Source: an archaeon (GTDB lineage Archaea; Nanobdellota; Nanobdellia; Woesearchaeales; UBA11576). From it: 54,773 nt of DNA. The stretch spans positions 1 through 54,773 of the forward strand of contig JAGVOD010000112.1 in assembly GCA_020052935.1 (NCBI GenBank), in the 5' to 3' direction. Shown in pieces: positions 49,685 through 54,773 of this stretch; position 1 is the first letter of the stretch, and every line of letters starts with the position of its first letter. The notes beneath the pieces are model-generated. The model saw only the letters and a program-made list of their open reading frames with translations, made no database searches and had not been told where the DNA came from. The position numbers and the translations under genes were made by a program.

Positions 49685-51052
49685 TTAATGTTTCTTGATT
49701 TTCTCTTTTGAATCACTGACTTCCCAGTAGCCGCCCTTGTCGGGACCTATCCTTTCTATCATCCCTTTTTCTTTTAACTTTTCGATGTGTTTCTGGACGG
49801 CTGAAGGATATATGCCTAGTTTTTTTGCCAAGTCCTGACGGGAAATGTTTGGCGTTTCAGAGATGACTGCCAAAATCTCCCTTTGCCTTTCAGTAAGTAC
49901 CTGACCACCTTTCTGACCACCTTTCTGACCACCCTCTTCAGTGATGTTTTCTGGGACTTTCCTGTGGAACAGGACCCTGAACCAGTCTGAGCCTATCTCA
50001 AAATCAATAGGAATGTCCTGTTCAGAACAGAGCCGTTTCATCCGGTTTATCCCTGAACCGACATTTTCCACGAGATTCAGACGATAGACCATATCCATGA
50101 TGACCGGGTTCCTAGCAAGGCTTATCTTACCGAGTTCTTTCTTGTCAAATAGAAGGTTTCCAGGATTGGACACTTCCACGCGGTCAATAAATATGTCAAT
50201 CTGCACACGGCCTTGTGAGAAGTAGTCCCGATGAACCATCGCGTTGATTATTGCCTCCCTTAACGCATCTTCTGGCAGTTCAAGCACGTTTGTACGCTCT
50301 CTGCCTTTTATTATGAAGTTGGTGTTCAGTTTTGAAAGCACGTAGTTGTACGCATTTTCGTAGTTGGATAAGAAATCCGCGTCAAACTCTTTCTTGTCAA
50401 GGATGTCTATCCTTTTGTTGCCTTTGTACAGCACACAGACGACTGACGAGTTCATGAAGAACTTGGTCACCCTGTGGCAGAAGAACAAGACCCCTGCATT
50501 GCTCATCTTGTCCTGAACAAGAAGATTGAGATTCTTCAGTATGTGCTCTCGCGGCAGTTCCTTCGGTATCTTGGTCTTCTCCACGAAACGCGCGAATTTA
50601 CCATCATCGAAATCAGAGTCCATATCAAAACTGCTGTTTGCCTTCCTGTCAAAGAATATCTGGTTCTCTTTCTGGAAGAAAGTCCTGATTTCATCTCTCT
50701 TCAGCTGTTGCGAGTTGGCCCCAATCCTTATGTAGAAGTGGCCGTTGATTGCGTACGGCTTGTCTTTACCTTCAGGGACATGCACAACAACCAGGTTGCC
50801 GATGCTCTCGACATATACTGCTAATGAAGGCTCCATGTTCCTTGCGATGTCCTGGATCCGCGAACAGTCAGAATTATTAGGCTTAAACCCTACAATATCT
50901 CCATCGTCTTTCACACCTAATATGACCTTGCCGCCAGAGGCATTCGCAAAAGCACAGAATGTCTTGCCTATATCTCCGTTCATACGCTCTTTTAGCTCAA
51001 GAGTGTAGCCCTCACCGCTTCTTACCAATTCGATAGCATCTTCCTTGTTCAT
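49685..51052 (-). CDS. AlbA_2 (Schlafen-like) domain protein with RecG-C/HATPase_c_4-like region and C-terminal wHTH
   Basis: GEGYTLELKERMNGDIGKTFCAFANASGGKVILGVKDDGDIVG (AlbA_2), REAIINAMVHRDY..VENVGSGINRM, and a C-terminal LTERQREILAVISE..VQKHIEKLKEKGMI wHTH. Confidence 0.8.
   Translation of the reverse strand: MNKEDAIELVRSGEGYTLELKERMNGDIGKTFCAFANASGGKVILGVKDDGDIVGFKPNNSDCSRIQDIARNMEPSLAVYVESIGNLVVVHVPEGKDKPYAINGHFYIRIGANSQQLKRDEIRTFFQKENQIFFDRKANSSFDMDSDFDDGKFARFVEKTKIPKELPREHILKNLNLLVQDKMSNAGVLFFCHRVTKFFMNSSVVCVLYKGNKRIDILDKKEFDADFLSNYENAYNYVLSKLNTNFIIKGRERTNVLELPEDALREAIINAMVHRDYFSQGRVQIDIFIDRVEVSNPGNLLFDKKELGKISLARNPVIMDMVYRLNLVENVGSGINRMKRLCSEQDIPIDFEIGSDWFRVLFHRKVPENITEEGGQKGGQKGGQVLTERQREILAVISETPNISRQDLAKKLGIYPSAVQKHIEKLKEKGMIERIGPDKGGYWEVSDSKEKIKKH
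49901..49934 (-). repeat. 12-bp in-frame tandem repeat (about 2.8 units) encoding GGQKGGQKGGQ linker
   Basis: CTGACCACCTTT CTGACCACCTTT CTGACCACCC on the plus strand. Confidence 0.9.
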
Positions 51053-51167
51053 TTTCCTTCAAAACCTGCTGTTGGCAGGATTATTCATTATGGATAGGCC
51101 AAGCCAACGATGATGGAAAAGAAAAGCGTGCTTATAAATGTTGTTGGTGCTGCTGCGTTGCTTTCCC

Positions 51168-51626
51168 CTACTCACAGTCACATGGAACCTTCGATATCGA
51201 ACCTCTTCCGCAGGGTGCATAAGGCTGCATGTACAATTCTGTCGTATGCGGTTCGCAGCAGGGAGGCGGGCTATCCTGCGCAAGATATCCTACTATCTGC
51301 TCACTTCTGCGGTCGAAGCATATTCCATAAGTTCCATTACCGTATGCGCCGAAGTAGGGGACAAGGCGCGGTTTGTATATTTCTTGGGCATAAGAATAAC
51401 CCGTAGATCTACAGTTGTCAATACATTCATCAATGGCTCTGTCTCTTTCTGCATCTTCTGCCGCTGCCCGGTCTCTCGCTTGTCGATTCATCTCATATGT
51501 TGTTGTTGCTGCCGCTGCTCCTGTCCCCATAGGGCCTGCTGCAGCGGCGCGATCCCCACCAATTCCGACAACAATTGACATAATCGCGCTTGCCACGAGG
51601 GGCAACAACCGTGTGTTTTTGCTCAT
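51168..51626 (-). CDS. small secreted Cys-rich hypothetical protein (152 aa)
   Basis: Signal-like N-terminus, an Ala-rich low-complexity stretch, and 7 Cys in the C-terminal half. Confidence 0.45.
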   Translation of the reverse strand: MSKNTRLLPLVASAIMSIVVGIGGDRAAAAGPMGTGAAAATTTYEMNRQARDRAAAEDAERDRAIDECIDNCRSTGYSYAQEIYKPRLVPYFGAYGNGTYGICFDRRSEQIVGYLAQDSPPPCCEPHTTELYMQPYAPCGRGSISKVPCDCE

Positions 51627-51737
51627 AATATTTCCTCCTTGTATCTCTGGAGAATCAATGTAGCTATTTAAGTATTTGTTGATTATTGATATACAACAAT
51701 AATAAGATTTAAATATGGGGATTGATTATCTGGCGTC

Positions 51738-52481
51738 ATGGATGCAGAACAGCTCATCAGACTGGGACTTCTCGAAAGCGAGGCAAAGGTATATCTTGCG
51801 CTGGTGAAGCTCGGACAGAGCCTTGCAGGCAAGATAGCCAAAGAGACGAGGCTAAACAGGGTGTCTGTCTATAAAGCCCTGCAGACGCTTAAAGAAAAAG
51901 GCCTGGTCTCGTACGTAATCAAGGCTAACAGGCAGGAATACTGCGCAGCAAGCCCCAATGCAGTGCAGAAGATGATAGAGGAGAAGCAGAAAGAGCTGGA
52001 AGAAGTCAAAAGGCAGCTTCCAACGCTCCAGCAGATGTTCAACTCAACGAAAAAGAAAGTCGAGACGAATGTCTATGAAGGAATAAAGGGCGCAAAGGCA
52101 ATATGGGAGAGGCTGCTTGAGGAATGCAAAGCAAATGATGAGTGGCTCGTCCTCGGAGCGCCGAAAAGCGCAGAACTCATGGGCGGATACTTCAAGGATT
52201 TCAATGACAGACGGGCAAAGAAGAAAGTGGCGATGCGGATAATATACAACAAGGACGCGACAGGACTCATCAATATAAGGAAACAACAGCCGCTCACAAA
52301 AGTAATGGTCATGCCTGCAGAATACATAACTCCCACGTCATTAGAAGTTGTGAGGGACAACGCATTGCTCGTCATGTACAAGCCAGAGATAGTCATAATC
52401 CACATGAAAAGCGCAGAAGTCACGAAATCATTCGAGGCATACTTCAACATCCTCTGGAAGATAGCTGAAGCACCAAAATGA
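51738..52481 (+). CDS. TrmB family transcriptional regulator
   Basis: LIRLGLLESEAKVYLALVKLGQSLAGKIAKETRLNRVSVYKALQTLKEKGLV wHTH plus a TrmB C-terminal domain. Confidence 0.8.
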   Translation: MDAEQLIRLGLLESEAKVYLALVKLGQSLAGKIAKETRLNRVSVYKALQTLKEKGLVSYVIKANRQEYCAASPNAVQKMIEEKQKELEEVKRQLPTLQQMFNSTKKKVETNVYEGIKGAKAIWERLLEECKANDEWLVLGAPKSAELMGGYFKDFNDRRAKKKVAMRIIYNKDATGLINIRKQQPLTKVMVMPAEYITPTSLEVVRDNALLVMYKPEIVIIHMKSAEVTKSFEAYFNILWKIAEAPK

Positions 52482-53492
52482 TCATGTGCTGAACTGCTGC
52501 TTGATGACTGATACTAATCCCGCTTCATCCTCTGCCTTCGCTATCTCACGGCGCTTGCCTGTCGCGTCACGGATGTCCTTGCAGAACCACATCGCATGCT
52601 GCTTCAGCTCGGTGAAGCGCTTTATCTTCTGCACCTTGTTGTACAATGCTATGAATTCAAGGATGAGCTTTCCTCGTTCAGCCTCTGTGAGCCTCGGAAG
52701 GAGCTTCTTGTGGTCTAAGAACTCATTGCACTTCCTGAAAAGCACAGGATTGCCCATCGCAGCGCGGCCAATCATCACGAAATCACAGCCTGTCTGGTCG
52801 AGCATCTTCCTCGCATCCTCTGGCTCGCGCACATCGCCGTTGCCTATCACAGGGATATTGACCTTATCCTTGACCTGCTTTATCGCAACCCAATTAGCTT
52901 TGCCTGCGTACTGCTGGTCCTTGGTGCGTCCGTGGACAGTTATTGCTGCAGCGCCGGCATCCTCTATGATCTTCGCCTGCTGCGTGTGGTTAAGGGACTG
53001 GGAATCCCAGCCGATACGGATCTTCGCTGTCACTGGCTTGTTTGTAGCTGACGCAACTGCATTGATTATCTTGGACATGCCCTCAGGATGCTTTGAGAAG
53101 TAAGCGCCCATCTTCTGGCCGAGGACGTCAGCGTCTGGACAGCCGAAGTTCAGGTCGATGATGTCTGCGTACTCTTCTATGTACTGCAACGACTCGACCA
53201 CTATCTTCGGGTCGCGGCCGATTATCTGCACTGCCAGCGGACGTTCATCCTTGATGAAATCTATCATGGTGTCGCGGTTCCTCTCACCTTTCACAAGGCC
53301 CATGCTGTGTATCATCTGAGAAAAGACAAGGCCTGCGCCGTATTCATGGCACATCAGCCTGAAAGCGGTGCAATTGACACCGAGAAGCGGAGCTAGCATC
53401 AGCTGGTTCGCGAGCTTGACATTGCCTATCTTGAGAGTATTCCCCTTCATACGTCCTATGCTGCATGTGGACTTAATAAATCTTTTCGGCAA
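52482..53492 (-). CDS. dus: tRNA-dihydrouridine synthase
   Basis: LMLAPLLGVNCTAFRLMCHEYGAGL, IDLNFGCPDADV and ITVHGRT blocks. The likely start is Met15 (53450). Confidence 0.85.
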   Translation of the reverse strand: MPKRFIKSTCSIGRMKGNTLKIGNVKLANQLMLAPLLGVNCTAFRLMCHEYGAGLVFSQMIHSMGLVKGERNRDTMIDFIKDERPLAVQIIGRDPKIVVESLQYIEEYADIIDLNFGCPDADVLGQKMGAYFSKHPEGMSKIINAVASATNKPVTAKIRIGWDSQSLNHTQQAKIIEDAGAAAITVHGRTKDQQYAGKANWVAIKQVKDKVNIPVIGNGDVREPEDARKMLDQTGCDFVMIGRAAMGNPVLFRKCNEFLDHKKLLPRLTEAERGKLILEFIALYNKVQKIKRFTELKQHAMWFCKDIRDATGKRREIAKAEDEAGLVSVIKQQFST

Positions 53493-54364
53493 CCATACTC
53501 ACTAAGAAACCTCTTCAAGGCCGCCAAAGCAATGTCTGCTGCAGGCGCATCACTGCTGTATATCTTGACCTTCAACGCGCCACCAAAGAAAAGATTGTCA
53601 CCCTGCCTGTCAGGAGGGAATATCAGCAGGGTATCATCGTCAAAATGCTCAAAATGAAAATCGTAAAGCCCCCTCACTTCCCTGGTCGCGCAGTCACGCA
53701 GCACAGCAACACCTGCGTTCAGGTCATCCTTGGCCTTGACCTCTGCAAGAGCCTCGATGAAAGCAGCCCGGGAATAGTCATGCCCGACACGGTCGACATC
53801 ACGGCACAAGAGATAGAAAAGCATATATTTCATATCGTCAGCCAGCAATGCCCAGGGGGATATCCTAGGGTCTGGATTATCCTTGATATGGTCGCAATAA
53901 GCATGACGCATGATGACATCGATGGTGTGGCTGCGCAAAGCCTGAGATTCCGGCTCTGAAGCAATCCTCTTGTAAAGGTCCAAGAACGCCCTGCTGGCAG
54001 CCTTGTGACGCTCTATGTTGGCCACGTTGTCGGTAGAATTCTCGTCGATGACCAGTGAAGAGCCTTCCTCGATACCCAACCCTTTTATCGTGCTGACCTG
54101 GCGGACCTTATCCAGCTCCTCATGCCACCTTTCGTGCGCACGGACATCGATGCTGTCCCGGACTATCAATATGCCGCTGTCCTCGCTGTAGGCGCCGGAT
54201 GAGTCTGCATAGTAGACATGCCTCTCCTTGTGGAGCGCTTCGATGAGCATCTCCCTCAGGCTGGCGACTACAGCATCTTCTCCCTCTAAATCTATCTCAG
54301 TAGAAAGAGGCTGCCTCCAACCTCTACAGGCATAAACTACATTAATCAACATCTCTCTGAACAC
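53456..54364 (-). CDS. hypothetical protein (302 aa), no recognisable domain
   Basis: Long ORF coupled to the dus start. No family recognised. Confidence 0.55.
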   Translation of the reverse strand: MFREMLINVVYACRGWRQPLSTEIDLEGEDAVVASLREMLIEALHKERHVYYADSSGAYSEDSGILIVRDSIDVRAHERWHEELDKVRQVSTIKGLGIEEGSSLVIDENSTDNVANIERHKAASRAFLDLYKRIASEPESQALRSHTIDVIMRHAYCDHIKDNPDPRISPWALLADDMKYMLFYLLCRDVDRVGHDYSRAAFIEALAEVKAKDDLNAGVAVLRDCATREVRGLYDFHFEHFDDDTLLIFPPDRQGDNLFFGGALKVKIYSSDAPAADIALAALKRFLSEYGCRKDLLSPHAA

Positions 54365-54411
54365 CTATATGAAAATGAATAGAAACAATTAGTTAAAAAA
54401 GGTTTCTATTC

Positions 54412-54624
54412 TCACTCCCGCATCGCTATCAGATACGCGATTGCTATGAGCATGCCCAGGATGAACAGCAAAGTCATCGTGTTGAGCATAAGGAACAGGT
54501 TCTCCTGCCTGCCGCTCACATATGATAATAGAATACCTATGATATAGGCCAGGAACATTATCCACACTGCCTTGTCTATCCACCACACCTTCTTGTTTGA
54601 GACCTTCATGATGCCAACCTCCAC
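54412..54624 (-). CDS. small membrane protein (70 aa, 2 TM)
   Basis: Hydrophobic ORF. The alternative overlapping frame is not hydrophobic or coherent. Confidence 0.4.
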   Translation of the reverse strand: MEVGIMKVSNKKVWWIDKAVWIMFLAYIIGILLSYVSGRQENLFLMLNTMTLLFILGMLIAIAYLIAMRE

Positions 54625-54773
54625 GACACGAGAGGTGGAGAGGGGTATTTATTTGTTGCGGGGAGGTTTAAAAATTGTTTAGTACCGATTTCAGTTAACA
54701 CTTTTGGCGGGTATTTAAATAGGGTCTTGTATGTCTGTTTTTCTTGTGGAGGAGATGTTTTATGATGTACAAA

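Noticed and set aside
1-54773. CRISPR arrays, rRNA genes, transposase/integrase genes, additional tRNAs
   Set aside because: I saw no regularly spaced direct repeats, no rRNA-like conserved stretches and no DDE/serine/tyrosine recombinase motifs. I inspected the other intergenic regions for T-loop (GGTTCRANY) plus acceptor pairing and found none. A covariance-model scan is still advisable, given the intron-rich tRNA found here.

Overview
This is a gene-dense 54.8-kb window with about 58 protein genes on both strands, many overlapping by 4 nt. It reads as an archaeal chromosome segment. The evidence is two HMf-type histone genes, TrmB and Lrp/AsnC regulators, DUF211, TTTATATA-like boxes 25-30 nt upstream of many start codons (leaderless-type promoters), and a tRNA whose inserts are framed by bulge-helix-bulge motifs. 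An uncultivated, possibly DPANN-like lineage is inference only.

Recognisable content:
- class II (B12) ribonucleotide reductase next to a corrinoid adenosyltransferase
- endonuclease IV and endonuclease III
- queuosine-related genes (queH, queA, DUF2419/QNG1-like) and a Dus
- a 2TM RCK potassium-channel gene translationally coupled to a 7TM-DUF835-RCK protein
- a LemA-HtpX-ABC transporter cluster
- PIN, RHH and RelE toxin-antitoxin-like genes
- a radical-SAM DNA repair family protein, a circularly permuted GTPase and an AlbA_2/Schlafen-type regulator
- giant Cys-rich surface proteins

I saw no rRNA, CRISPR array, transposase or integrase.

Most notable observations:
1. At least seven GC-rich intergenic elements share one scaffold: a terminal helix, a side hairpin and an inner GC helix enclosing a cargo. 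They include a three-copy subfamily (5152-5374, 10816-10993, 17567-17796) with compensatory base changes. I do not recognise this as any known element class.
2. tRNA-Gly(CCC) at 24260-24365 carries two non-canonical BHB introns.
3. One scaffold element (36227-36389) has a 15-bp TIR plus a 9-bp flanking direct repeat, which is a MITE signature.
4. The channel operon has a degenerate selectivity filter and a sensor-like RCK partner.
5. A 22-bp tandem duplication splits a DUF362 Fe-S gene.
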